Of a stretch of DNA of 55,161 nt, positions 1 through 9,419 are shown in pieces. Position numbers and translations under genes: made by a program. Where the stretch lies: NCBI GenBank assembly GCA_016219865.1, contig JACRKF010000014.1, positions 1-55,161 of the forward strand. Direction: 5' to 3'. The notes under the pieces were generated by a model that made no database searches, was not told the DNA's origin, and worked only from the letters and a program-made list of their open reading frames with translations. How positions within the stretch are numbered: position 1 is the stretch's first letter; each line of letters opens with the position of its first letter. The DNA comes from Candidatus Woesearchaeota archaeon (lineage in GTDB: Archaea; Nanobdellota; Nanobdellia; Woesearchaeales; DSVV01).

Positions 1-28
1 TCTAACTTGCTTATTTTGTATTTTTTTC

Positions 29-625
29 TTACCCAACCAAGAAAGCAATCCCTACTAAAGACATTGCCAATCCTGCATATTTCAAAATATTTGTTGTTAT
101 TGCAGTTCTTCTTGCTAGAAAGCCAATGCCAATTCCTAAGAGATGCAATAGGATTGTAGATGTTATAAACCCTGCAATATATAATATAGGGCTTGCAATT
201 GTTGGCAATTCTGTTCCATGCGCGTGTCCATGAAAGATACCAAACAAACTTATGCAGAAAATTGCTAATGAGGGTGATAATTTAATTGATGCATATATTG
301 CTAATCCAAGTATTATTACTGAAAGCGCTATACCATATTCAATAAATCCAGATTGAACAAATGGCAGCTTAATCCCAGAAATTGCAATAATTCCTCCAAT
401 AATCATTGAACTTACAAATGCAGTAGGAATAACCCATGCTTTTTTTAAACCAATCTGCACTACTATAATGCCTACTGCAATCATAGCAAGCAAATGATCA
501 AATCCTAACAAAGGATGCGTTACACCGCTTGATAATCCATTGCCGCCAATAAGATGCGCGTTTGCAAATACTGGAATTAAAATAAGAGAAAATAAATAAA
601 ACATTAGTTTTTTTTGAGATATCAT
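29..625 (-). CDS. hupE: HupE/UreJ-family (Ni/Co transporter-like) membrane protein
   Basis: 198-aa ORF with signal-like N-terminus, HPLLGFDHLLAM and FHGHAHG motifs typical of HupE/UreJ, and several hydrophobic segments. GGTGA SD-like motif 7 nt upstream of the ATG. Confidence 0.8.
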   Translation of the reverse strand: MISQKKLMFYLFSLILIPVFANAHLIGGNGLSSGVTHPLLGFDHLLAMIAVGIIVVQIGLKKAWVIPTAFVSSMIIGGIIAISGIKLPFVQSGFIEYGIALSVIILGLAIYASIKLSPSLAIFCISLFGIFHGHAHGTELPTIASPILYIAGFITSTILLHLLGIGIGFLARRTAITTNILKYAGLAMSLVGIAFLVG

Positions 626-688
626 TGTTTAATCACCTATTTCTTTGAAGAACTAAGTTATATAAAAAGTTTGTTCTATAGTTTTATA
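534..688. repeat. Direct repeat copy 1 (hupE 5' coding part plus upstream TATA-like region)
   Basis: 534-559 and 660-688 recur exactly and contiguously at 3291-3345. The ~100 nt between them are absent from copy 2. Confidence 0.85.
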
Positions 689-908
689 ATTGAATAATTC
701 GGAAATTAGTTCTCACCTTTCCATTATATAGTTTGTCTGGCTCTGCCGAAACCCTTAGAGAAGCAAATTCTTAAATAGTTAATGCATCTATATTTTCTCG
801 ATAAATCTTGTTATAATCATAATCCCTTAAGCAAGAATTTAATAGAGCTTATAAAGTAATTTTCATTCTCATACAATAAATAGGATTTTGAACATTTATG
901 TCTAAAAC

Positions 909-917
909 TTTATAAAT
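909..917 (+). promoter_or_regulatory. BRE/TATA-like promoter element upstream of pfdA
   Basis: aaaacTTTATAAAT about 35 nt upstream of ATG 951. The same aaa(a/c)tttata(t/a)a pattern recurs before several genes in the window. Confidence 0.4.
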
Positions 918-950
918 CAACAACTAATCTTCTAGTGTAGGTGCAATCAA

Positions 951-1388
951 ATGCCAGAAAACAAAGCAGTAACTAAGCAAAAACAAGAACAGATGCAAAA
1001 GAAATACCAAGAATATCAGATGATAGACCAACAGATGAAGCAGATGCAGCAGCAATTGGAAAAATTTGATCAGCAAGTGCAGGAATTGTCTAGCATCAAT
1101 GATTCACTTGAGGAATTAAAGCAAGTAAAGGAGAATACAGAGATTCTAGTGTCGATGAGCTCAGGAATATTTGTAAAAGCAGCTATCAAAGATACAAAGG
1201 AATTACTTATTAATGTCGGAGCAAATGTCACAGTTGAAAAATCAGTTGATGAAACAAAGCAGTTGATTAGTTCACAGCAGCAGGAGATATTGCAATATCG
1301 CATGCGGTTGATGGAACAGATGCAATTATTGGTAAACCATGCAGCAGGCATTGAAAAAGAACTGACTGATATGGCATCGAATAATTAA
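951..1388 (+). CDS. pfdA: Prefoldin alpha subunit
   Basis: 145 aa with coiled-coil N- and C-termini flanking a central beta-hairpin region (ILVSMSSGIFVKAAIKDTKELLINVGANVTVEKSVDE). AGGTG SD 7 nt upstream. The pfdA-ftsY arrangement is conserved in archaea. Confidence 0.8.
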   Translation: MPENKAVTKQKQEQMQKKYQEYQMIDQQMKQMQQQLEKFDQQVQELSSINDSLEELKQVKENTEILVSMSSGIFVKAAIKDTKELLINVGANVTVEKSVDETKQLISSQQQEILQYRMRLMEQMQLLVNHAAGIEKELTDMASNN

Positions 1389-1422
1389 TTTAAAATACAA
1401 TTCAATAAAAAAGAGGATACTC

Positions 1423-2988
1423 ATGTTTGGTTTTTTAAAAGACAAATTAAAAACAGCACTGCATAAGTTCAGCAAGGATGTAGAGAAAGATGCTGAGACA
1501 ACTGCAGTGAAGAAAGAAAAAGATGCTGAAGAGATTACAGAAGCTGAACAAATCCAAAACGTTAAGCTATCTGAAACAGTTCAACCAGAAGTTGTAGTTA
1601 TAACAAAAGCTCCTGTAGCTTCAATAACAGCTAAAACCGAGAAAGTAGTTGAACAAGAGGCTGGCAATGCAAAATCAATTCAAGAAAAAGTTAAAGATAG
1701 TACAAAAGAGAAACATAGAGAGTTACAGAGTCAAGAAACTAGCAAACGCAAAGAAACTGAGAGCAAGAAAGAAAGTCACATTAAATTTACAAAAGAAGAT
1801 TCTGAAAAGCATACGCAATATATAACTATTGATTCTACTAACAAGCAAAATCAAGATAATGTTAAGATTGAGATTGAAGATGAAGATTTCAAAGAAGAAT
1901 TTGCTGAGAAAAAAGGTTTTTTTTCTAAATTAAAGGAAAAGTTTACAAAGAAGAAAGAGGAAGATAAAAAAACAATAGAAGAGTTAGCACCAAAAGAAGA
2001 AGTTAAAGAAAAACAGATTATACAAGAAGTTAAAGAAGAAATACAAACAGAACAAATAAGAGAAGGAAAAACTGAAACAAAAAAACAAGAAAAAGTTGCA
2101 GAGCCAGAGCAATCAAAAGGTTTTTTCTCAAAATTAACTGATACTATTACAAAAACAAATCTTTCTGATGAAAAGTTTAATGAAATTTTTTGGGAATTAG
2201 AAATTATATTGATGGAAAATAATGTTGCTGTTGAAGTTATTGACAAGATGAGAGATGATCTTAAAAAAGAATTAGTTGATATAAAAGTGAAACGAGGCAC
2301 AGTTGAAGAGATTATCAGCGAGACACTCAAGAAAACAGTCAATGATTTGTTTGATGTTGAGAAAATAGAATTTCTAAGCAAAGTAAAAACAAAGAAACCA
2401 TTTGTCATTGCATTCTTTGGAATCAATGGCTCTGGAAAAACAACAACAATTGCAAAGATTGCTTATTTATTAAAAAAGAATAATCTCAGCTGCGTGATTG
2501 CTGCAGGTGACACATTCAGGGCAGCAGCAATTCAGCAGATGGAAGAGCACACCCAAAAGTTAAACATTCGTTTAATCAAACAAGATTATGGCGCAGATCC
2601 TGCTGCAGTTGCATTTGATGCAATCAAATATGCTGAAGCAAAATCAATTGATGTTGTATTAGTTGACACTGCTGGAAGGATGCATTCAAATACAAACTTA
2701 ATGGATGAAATGAAAAAGATAATCAGAGTGGCAAAACCAGATCTGAAAGTATTCATAGGAGAAGCAATAACAGGCAATGACTGTGTTGAACAAGCAAAAG
2801 AGTTTAACGCAGCAGTTGGCATTGATGCAATCATATTATGCAAAGCAGATGTTGACGACAAAGGAGGAGCTGCATTGTCAATTAGCTACGTCACAAAAAA
2901 GCCAATATTATTTCTAGGCGTTGGGCAGAATTATCAGGATCTGCAAGAATTTGATAAAAAAGTTATTATTGAGAGTTTGAGTGTTTGA
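1423..2988 (+). CDS. ftsY: Signal recognition particle receptor FtsY
   Basis: 521 aa. The C-terminal NG domain carries GINGSGKTTTIAKIA (P-loop), DTAGR and KADVDDKGGAA motifs. Long Lys/Glu-rich N-terminal A domain. GAGGA SD upstream. Confidence 0.95.
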   Translation: MFGFLKDKLKTALHKFSKDVEKDAETTAVKKEKDAEEITEAEQIQNVKLSETVQPEVVVITKAPVASITAKTEKVVEQEAGNAKSIQEKVKDSTKEKHRELQSQETSKRKETESKKESHIKFTKEDSEKHTQYITIDSTNKQNQDNVKIEIEDEDFKEEFAEKKGFFSKLKEKFTKKKEEDKKTIEELAPKEEVKEKQIIQEVKEEIQTEQIREGKTETKKQEKVAEPEQSKGFFSKLTDTITKTNLSDEKFNEIFWELEIILMENNVAVEVIDKMRDDLKKELVDIKVKRGTVEEIISETLKKTVNDLFDVEKIEFLSKVKTKKPFVIAFFGINGSGKTTTIAKIAYLLKKNNLSCVIAAGDTFRAAAIQQMEEHTQKLNIRLIKQDYGADPAAVAFDAIKYAEAKSIDVVLVDTAGRMHSNTNLMDEMKKIIRVAKPDLKVFIGEAITGNDCVEQAKEFNAAVGIDAIILCKADVDDKGGAALSISYVTKKPILFLGVGQNYQDLQEFDKKVIIESLSV

Positions 2989-3290
2989 ACTGCTAGTGAC
3001 TACTACTTAACTATTAGCAACTACTACCTCACTATTAGTAACTAATAGTAAACTTTATGTAGTTGAGACCACTACGAATAATGCATGTACTTTGAAATAA
3101 ACGCAAAAACAGAGAAGAATAATCTTTTTGGTGTAAGTTACAATCTTAGTACACTGCTCATGTCATTAAGTTAAGGAATTTTCTTGCTTAATTTATCTAA
3201 TCTTTCTAAATCTGTCAATAGTTTCTCTGCTGTTCCTAAATATCTATGTTTTTAGTAATATATTTTCCACCTATCTTTACTCCGTTTGGG

Positions 3291-3345
3291 AATCCATTGC
3301 CGCCAATAAGATGCGCATATAAAAAGTTTGTTCTATAGTTTTATA
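3291..3345. repeat. Direct repeat copy 2 (truncated hupE 5' fragment fused to the hupE upstream region)
   Basis: 3291-3316 is identical to 534-559 and 3317-3345 is identical to 660-688. Weaker similarity to hupE continues about 20 nt to the left. Lacks the hupE start codon and signal peptide, so it is a gene remnant. Confidence 0.85.
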
Positions 3346-3372
3346 TACAAGTATTGTGCTAGAAATAATTTA

Positions 3373-4002
3373 ATGAGAAAATATTATGATGCATTAAAAG
3401 AACATCTTAAAAGACATCATGAAACATTGAAGCAGCATAGCAGGCGCTTTATTTATCATGTTGATTTTCATAGAAAAAGAATTTATGAACATGGAAGAAA
3501 AATAGCAAAAAAAACTAGTTTTAAAGAGATTTACAAAGAATGGTATGCTCAAGTTGCAGAAGTCAAGACACAACCACATGAGATAGCTTTTGGTTTAGCA
3601 TTAGGTATATTTCTCGGAATAGTGCCAGCTCTTGGATTGCATATACTCTTTGCATTGTTGATTATTGCAATCTTTCGTGTTAATAAAGTAGCTTTATTTA
3701 TTGGGCTGGCGTTGACAAATCCATTAGTTACACCATTAATTTATTCAGCAAGTTTGAAAATAGGTGGATTGATTCTAAATACACCTCGTATTGAAATTTC
3801 ATTTAATCTAATAACATGGAGTTATATTAAACATTATATCAAACCTTTTTTAATAGGCAATATTATTCTTGCAACAACAGTTAGTTTTCTATCTTATACA
3901 ATTACATATTATCTTGTAAAATATTATAAGAATAAGATACTTATCAAGATAAGGGATGATAAGATAAAGAATGATGAAAGTAATAAGAAAAAAGGCGTAT
4001 GA
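3373..4002 (+). CDS. DUF2062-family membrane protein
   Basis: HEIAFGLALGIFLGIVPALGLHILFALLIIAIFRVNKVALFIGLALTNPLVTPLIY resembles the DUF2062 core. ATG at 3373 lies 25-30 nt after a ttttatata TATA-like box, so the transcript may be leaderless. The ORF-track start at 3328 is a TTG inside the repeat. Confidence 0.65.
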   Translation: MRKYYDALKEHLKRHHETLKQHSRRFIYHVDFHRKRIYEHGRKIAKKTSFKEIYKEWYAQVAEVKTQPHEIAFGLALGIFLGIVPALGLHILFALLIIAIFRVNKVALFIGLALTNPLVTPLIYSASLKIGGLILNTPRIEISFNLITWSYIKHYIKPFLIGNIILATTVSFLSYTITYYLVKYYKNKILIKIRDDKIKNDESNKKKGV

Positions 4003-4064
4003 AATAATAAACTATATATACTATTAAAATTAAGCATAATTATCAAAGAGGGGTATTATATTTA

Positions 4065-5027
4065 ATGGAAAAAGAATATTTAATTCAACATCTTATAATG
4101 TATGTTGAATTTCAAATGGAAAATGGGTATGAGTTAAGTGATATTGCTGATGCATTATTGAACTATGGCTATAAAAAAGAAATAATCTCTAAAATAATTG
4201 GTCATTTTAAAGATGTCAATAAAGATGTCAAGCAAAAAAAATTTATTAAAAGATTACCCAGCAGAGATAAAGATATTATGAAGGAAGATATGGCAATTTA
4301 TATACAAAATATGCTAATTGATTATGTTAAGAAACAGCAAAAACTTGGTTTTTCATTGAAATCGATTGAACATGCATTGATTCAGGTTGGTCATCATAAA
4401 GATATTGCACAAAAAGCAATAAAAACAATAAAAAAAGGAGAATATGTTGATTTTCAGCAATCGTTAGAAGTTAAGAAATATCCATTGTCTCTTTTATTTA
4501 TATTAATCAGCATAATCAGCATAGCAGTTATTTTCATGATTTCTGTTGCAACAAATGAAAATCTGTTGTTAGTATTTATCACATTTGCACCAATGTTTAT
4601 GGGGTTAATTATTTTATATGCGTTTGTTACTTTTGCTAGAACTAAGGCAATCATAACAATAACACCTCCAATTGTTCTCATGGCTGTAATTGGAATTTTC
4701 TTTTATTTTTCAAATACTACAACTATATATCAGAATACAGATATGCAGATACTTCTTGGATTAAATATTGCAATTGCTTTCTTTGCAGCATTGATCATTT
4801 CAATATTTGGAAGAATCAATCTTGGAAATGAAACTAAAGAAATTAAAAATGGAGATTATGCTGTTCATAAAGATAAAAATAATCACAATAATGTTTCTCA
4901 TAGCACACATAATCTAATAAATATATTAGAAGATGAAGAAGTAGAAAATAATGAATTAATTAAAAATAAAAATAGCAAAAAGGATTCAACAAACGAAAAG
5001 ATTAAAATAAAAGAGTTTTTACCGTAA
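4065..5027 (+). CDS. Hypothetical membrane protein (two N-terminal helical repeats, about 5 TM segments, Asn/Lys-rich tail)
   Basis: 320-aa ORF with GAGGGG SD-like motif upstream. Internal repeat: ENGYELSDIADALLNYGYKKEIISKII versus KLGFSLKSIEHALIQVGHHKDIAQKAIKTI. No family recognised. Confidence 0.6.
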   Translation: MEKEYLIQHLIMYVEFQMENGYELSDIADALLNYGYKKEIISKIIGHFKDVNKDVKQKKFIKRLPSRDKDIMKEDMAIYIQNMLIDYVKKQQKLGFSLKSIEHALIQVGHHKDIAQKAIKTIKKGEYVDFQQSLEVKKYPLSLLFILISIISIAVIFMISVATNENLLLVFITFAPMFMGLIILYAFVTFARTKAIITITPPIVLMAVIGIFFYFSNTTTIYQNTDMQILLGLNIAIAFFAALIISIFGRINLGNETKEIKNGDYAVHKDKNNHNNVSHSTHNLINILEDEEVENNELIKNKNSKKDSTNEKIKIKEFLP

Positions 5028-5059
5028 TTTTCTTAAAAACGTTGTTTTTAAGAAAATTA
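5025..5059 (+). terminator. Perfect 16-bp hairpin with T-run at the stop codon of the 4065-5027 gene
   Basis: taattttcttaaaaac-gtt-gtttttaagaaaatta. Begins at the TAA stop. Confidence 0.4.
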
Positions 5060-5122
5060 ATTCGGGTAATTCGGGCAGAAATAAAAGTGTTGAAGAAAAA
5101 AGAGTTAAAAGGGTGCAGCAAA

Positions 5123-6976
5123 TTGTCATGGTTTAGTTCAGTATTACAATATATGGATAATCAAGCGGGGTTATATGCGTTTATTGCTGCAGCTCTTATA
5201 GTTCTGATATATTTAATAAAACCAAAGCCTAGAGATAAAACAATACCTTCTTTAATATTTATCATGAAGCAAAGTGGAAAAGCAAAAAAGCAGTCTTTTT
5301 TCAGAAGATTAGTCAGTGAATTTTTGTTTTTTTTGCATCTTCTAATTATCTTATTACTTGCTGCTTCTGCAACGCAGCCATTTTTCTTCTCGGATTTGCA
5401 GGTTGATGCAGAAAATACTGTATTAATATTAGATATCTCTGCAAGTATGGCAACAAAAGATGGATTAAGCACAAGATTTGAAAGAATGCAAAGTGAAGCA
5501 AAAAGCAATCTTGATGGAAAAATCAGCATTATTCTTGCAGGCAATGAACCATTTGCGGTATTAGATGGTGGAAAAAAAAGTGATGCAATATCTGTTATTG
5601 AAAGTATTACACCAACAGCGTCACTTTCTAATATAGGTAATTCAATCCTTACTGCAAATGATCTGCTTAAAGAGAAAAAAGGGATTATTGTTGTAATTAG
5701 CGATTTTATCACAACAGAAGGTCTTGAGGCAGATGTTGCAAAAAAAACAGTTGAAGCAAAAGGAAGAATAATTAAGTTTGTTAATGTTAAGAAAGATGCA
5801 AAAAACATTGGAATTGTTGACTTGCAATTAGAAGATGATAAAATAACAGCAACAATACATAATTATAATACAGAAGAAAAAATAGTTACAGTTAAATTCA
5901 ATCAAGATTCACAACAGCAAGTAAAGATTTCACAAGATATGTCAACCAAGGTGAGTTTTAGTCCAATACAAGGGATTAATAAATTGTCAATTGATGTTAA
6001 TAATGGCGACGATGATCTATTGGCAGATAATATAGCATATGCAAGTTATCCTCTAATTGAGCAAAAGAAAATATTATTAATTTCAAATAAACAAAAAACT
6101 GCGATTCTTCCAGCATTACAAGCATATAAGGAAAGTTGGAATAATCATGTATCAATTGATGTTGCAGAACCACCTAAGCTGCCAATTATTGATCATGATT
6201 TGATTATAATTGATGGTTTTGATAAAACAAAACTTCCTAATGCTGTTATTGAAAATATTGATAAACTTGTCAGCAAAGGCAAGACTAATCTCATTGTTAC
6301 ACCGCAAGATGATTTTAAAGAAACAAAAATTGCAAAAATATTTCCTTTTGAAATTCTTGGTAAAGGCAATGAAACTGAAGTATTTAATCAATTAGCTATA
6401 TCAGATATTACAAAAGATGTTAGTTTCTCTAAAGTAAATAAATATTTACGTCTTCGTCTTACAGATGCTAAATCTATTTCATTAGCAGCTACTCCAGATA
6501 ATGATACAATTATTCTGATAAGCGAGTATAATGCAGGTCTTATTATGTATTATGGAATCAATGATCAAGAAAGTAATTTTAGATTTCAGATTTCTTATCC
6601 TATATTTTGGCAGCAAACGATAGATTATATGTTAAATAAACAAAGTTTGCAAACATTGAATTATAAAGTTCATGACAAGTTGTTATATGAAGATGCTATT
6701 CAAATACAGACGCCAACTAAAAATATAAAATCAGCTTTAGTTGATTTTGATGAGGCAGGTGTTTATAAAATAAAAGGCAAAGATATTGCTGTAAATCTTT
6801 TGAATAAAAAAGAATCAAATGTAAATGCATTGACTGATGCTGAGAGTAATGAGAAACTTGATCTAGAAAGTTCTCAATCAAAAGAAAAAATGAGACTGCT
6901 TCCTTATATAGTATATGCAATCATTGCATTTTTATTTATAGAATTATTGTATATAAAAGTTCGTGGTGACTTATAA
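5123..6976 (+). CDS. BatA-like membrane protein with von Willebrand factor A domain
   Basis: N-terminal TM followed by LIKPKPRDKTIPSLIFI (BatA_N-like), a second TM, and a VWA domain with DISAS MIDAS motif and VVISDF. Start chosen at TTG 5123 (GGGTG SD 7 nt upstream). ATG 5153 and TTG 5042 are alternatives. Confidence 0.75.
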   Translation: MSWFSSVLQYMDNQAGLYAFIAAALIVLIYLIKPKPRDKTIPSLIFIMKQSGKAKKQSFFRRLVSEFLFFLHLLIILLLAASATQPFFFSDLQVDAENTVLILDISASMATKDGLSTRFERMQSEAKSNLDGKISIILAGNEPFAVLDGGKKSDAISVIESITPTASLSNIGNSILTANDLLKEKKGIIVVISDFITTEGLEADVAKKTVEAKGRIIKFVNVKKDAKNIGIVDLQLEDDKITATIHNYNTEEKIVTVKFNQDSQQQVKISQDMSTKVSFSPIQGINKLSIDVNNGDDDLLADNIAYASYPLIEQKKILLISNKQKTAILPALQAYKESWNNHVSIDVAEPPKLPIIDHDLIIIDGFDKTKLPNAVIENIDKLVSKGKTNLIVTPQDDFKETKIAKIFPFEILGKGNETEVFNQLAISDITKDVSFSKVNKYLRLRLTDAKSISLAATPDNDTIILISEYNAGLIMYYGINDQESNFRFQISYPIFWQQTIDYMLNKQSLQTLNYKVHDKLLYEDAIQIQTPTKNIKSALVDFDEAGVYKIKGKDIAVNLLNKKESNVNALTDAESNEKLDLESSQSKEKMRLLPYIVYAIIAFLFIELLYIKVRGDL

Positions 6977-9369
6977 TGGATATTAGCATGCTTTTATCAT
7001 TAAAATTTGAAAAGATTTATATGATTTTCTTATTCATCCCGCTTTTTGTAGTAATGCTTATCTTGTTAATAATTAATTTTGTTCATTTTGATGAGATTGA
7101 AAAAAGAAAAAAAAGGAAGCAGAGATTCTGGATATTTCTTTCACGTTCAGCAATTATCGTATTGCTTGTTATTGCATTGACATCTCCATTTCTAGAGAAA
7201 AAAGAATCTACTGATGGAAATCCTGAGATTATGCTGCTTTATGATAATTCAAGTTCAATGCAATTGTATAATTTTGATATTGATACTTTTAAAAAACAAT
7301 TAGAAGATAAAGTGCCAACGCAAGTGAAATATATTGGCAATGAAATCTCCTCTCCAATAGGAGATGAAATTTTTAAGCAATTGCATAAAAAAAATCTTTT
7401 GTTGATAAGCGACGGCAATAATCAGAAAGGCAGCATAGCATTGCAAGATGTTGCTGTATTAGCAAATAAATTCAATACAACTATAAATGTGCTTAAATTA
7501 GATGAAAATAAGAAAGACACTTCAATTATTATTGATGGCGCAAAGACAGCAATTATTGATACAGAATATCCATTTAAGTTTGCATTGGATAATCTTAAAG
7601 AAACTGGAAAAGTTCAAGTTGTTGTTGATAACAAAGTGATATTTGAAAAAGATGTTTCTGTTGATAAAACACCATTGTCATATAAATTTACCACATTAGG
7701 AGACCACTTAATTGTTGCAAAATTCATGAGTAAAAATAATGATGGCGCTAAGGATAATACTGCAAGCAAGGATCATTTTGAGATAAATAATATCTATTAT
7801 AAAGTTGTTGAGGTTGTTGAAAAACCAAAAGTGCTTTATATCTCTTCAAAAACATCAATCATAGATGATATCTTACAATTGCGATATAATGTAGTGAAAC
7901 AAACAACATTGCCGCAATCATTAAATGGATTCTTTGCAATTGTTATCAATGATAGAATGAATGCAATCACTGATGAAGAATCAAAGAAAATAGAAAGTTT
8001 TGTTGATGATGGCAATGGTTTAGTTGTAATTGGAGGAGAGAATTCATTCAATGTTCCATCACATATCGATCTTTTGCTTCCTGTGCAAATGGGAACAAAA
8101 GATGAGAAGAATGTTGCATTTAATTTCTTATTATTGCTTGATGCCTCAGGATTCACACCTGAACAGCTTTCTGCTGAAGAGCAAGTTGCTTCACAAATAT
8201 TGCTTCAGTTGAATAAAAGAAAAGAGAAGATTAATGCAGGAATTATGCGATTTGCTCATGATACTAAAATCATTTCTGATTTTGCAGATATTAGTCTAGC
8301 AGATGCAATGGTTAAAAAGATGATTGATTTAGATGATGTTTCTATTATTGAGGGTGTTGTTTGGTATAGGCCAGCAAATCTTGATGTTGGAATTAGAAGA
8401 GCTGGAGAAATGTATAAAAATATTGAAGGAAATAATAACATAATTGTTATTTCAGATGGAGCTGTCAAACAAGATGTATTGCTTGGCGCAATAGAATATA
8501 TTAAAGCATATCGTGATAAAGGCATAAGAATTCATAGTTATCATCATCAGAATTTGTTTCTTGACGATAATGCATTAATACCCAGCAGACAGGCAATTTC
8601 ATCTTATGGGAGAGGGTTGTATATTAAAGAGATTACAGATATTGATAAACTTTTTGAAAAAAATCTTATTATTTCAGATCAAAATCATTGGATTACTTAC
8701 GGCTTGCCTAAACTTGATGCAAGTCTTGTAAAATTTAATAAAGTAATTCCTACTGCTTATGGTCAAACACTTGTTACAACAGGAACAGGAGTGCCAATAA
8801 TCACAACAAATAGTTATAATAGAGTTGCAGTTATTTCAACAGATGATGGCGCAGAATGGGCGCAACAACTTTTTTCAAAGAATAATCTTTATTTGTCTTA
8901 TAGAGTATTTGATTGGGCAGTTGGTGATCCAAATAGAAATAAAGAAACTTATGTGAGGGTTGAAGATGCGATTGTCAACCAAAAAACGCAAGTGCAATAC
9001 AAAGGCAAGTCTGTTCCAATATCTGATAAATGCAATTTTGTTGCAGTTGAAGATTATTCTGAATGTTACATTGTTCCAACGACAATTGGCATTGATCAAA
9101 TATTAAATAAAAAGTTTAATGTTAATTATCCTGAAGAATATATTGACATTGGTTACAATGAAGATGAGCTTAAAGTACTAACTCAAAAAACAGGAGGAAG
9201 CTTTTTTACTAGCGGTGATATTCAAAATATTGTAGAAAAAACAAAAAATAGCGCAAAAGTTGATATTATTAAGAAAATATATATTGATTGGTACTTTGTA
9301 ATTGCAGCAATTGCAATCTTTTTAACTGAAATTGTTATACGAAAAATTGCTGAGAGGATTCGGGAATAG
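6976..9369 (+). CDS. Membrane-anchored multi-domain VWA protein with GATase1-like middle domain
   Basis: 797 aa. The start overlaps the upstream stop (TAATG). N- and C-terminal TM segments, DNSSS MIDAS plus LLISDGNN, a second VWA-like stretch (LLLLDASGF ... VISDGA), and a central KVLYISS...LVVIGGENSF segment resembling class-I amidotransferase-like domains of Bat-type proteins. Confidence 0.7.
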   Translation: MDISMLLSLKFEKIYMIFLFIPLFVVMLILLIINFVHFDEIEKRKKRKQRFWIFLSRSAIIVLLVIALTSPFLEKKESTDGNPEIMLLYDNSSSMQLYNFDIDTFKKQLEDKVPTQVKYIGNEISSPIGDEIFKQLHKKNLLLISDGNNQKGSIALQDVAVLANKFNTTINVLKLDENKKDTSIIIDGAKTAIIDTEYPFKFALDNLKETGKVQVVVDNKVIFEKDVSVDKTPLSYKFTTLGDHLIVAKFMSKNNDGAKDNTASKDHFEINNIYYKVVEVVEKPKVLYISSKTSIIDDILQLRYNVVKQTTLPQSLNGFFAIVINDRMNAITDEESKKIESFVDDGNGLVVIGGENSFNVPSHIDLLLPVQMGTKDEKNVAFNFLLLLDASGFTPEQLSAEEQVASQILLQLNKRKEKINAGIMRFAHDTKIISDFADISLADAMVKKMIDLDDVSIIEGVVWYRPANLDVGIRRAGEMYKNIEGNNNIIVISDGAVKQDVLLGAIEYIKAYRDKGIRIHSYHHQNLFLDDNALIPSRQAISSYGRGLYIKEITDIDKLFEKNLIISDQNHWITYGLPKLDASLVKFNKVIPTAYGQTLVTTGTGVPIITTNSYNRVAVISTDDGAEWAQQLFSKNNLYLSYRVFDWAVGDPNRNKETYVRVEDAIVNQKTQVQYKGKSVPISDKCNFVAVEDYSECYIVPTTIGIDQILNKKFNVNYPEEYIDIGYNEDELKVLTQKTGGSFFTSGDIQNIVEKTKNSAKVDIIKKIYIDWYFVIAAIAIFLTEIVIRKIAERIRE

Positions 9370-9419
9370 ATAAATATAAAAACTAAAAGAATAAAAATTG
9401 TTTAAGATAGGTGTAATTT

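Noticed and set aside
29-625. Idea that hupE and the His-rich proteins at 44318-45922 form one nickel/cobalt handling system.
   Set aside because: They are about 44 kb apart, on unrelated transcription units, with many unrelated genes between. There is no sequence-based link beyond generic metal-binding potential.
1851-2426. 191-aa minus-strand ORF inside ftsY. Many similar nested or antisense ORFs occur, e.g. 1070-1351, 5161-5808, 7836-8156, 16205-16606, 17666-18199, 25972-26457, 26704-27111, 39559-39966, 49823-50278.
   Set aside because: All lie wholly inside longer ORFs with recognisable domains or paralogs. Their translations are Ser/Phe/Ile/Cys-rich low-complexity, typical of the antisense of Lys/Glu-rich AT-rich coding sequence. 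No SD or TATA context and no recognisable motifs.
5063-5082. cgggtaattcgggcagaaa (5063-5082) resembles cgggtaattcgagcaaaag (19843-19862), and both lie shortly after a perfect hairpin.
   Set aside because: A 17-of-19 match is within chance expectation for all-against-all comparison of a window this size. Flanks do not align and no third copy was found. Not reported as a motif.
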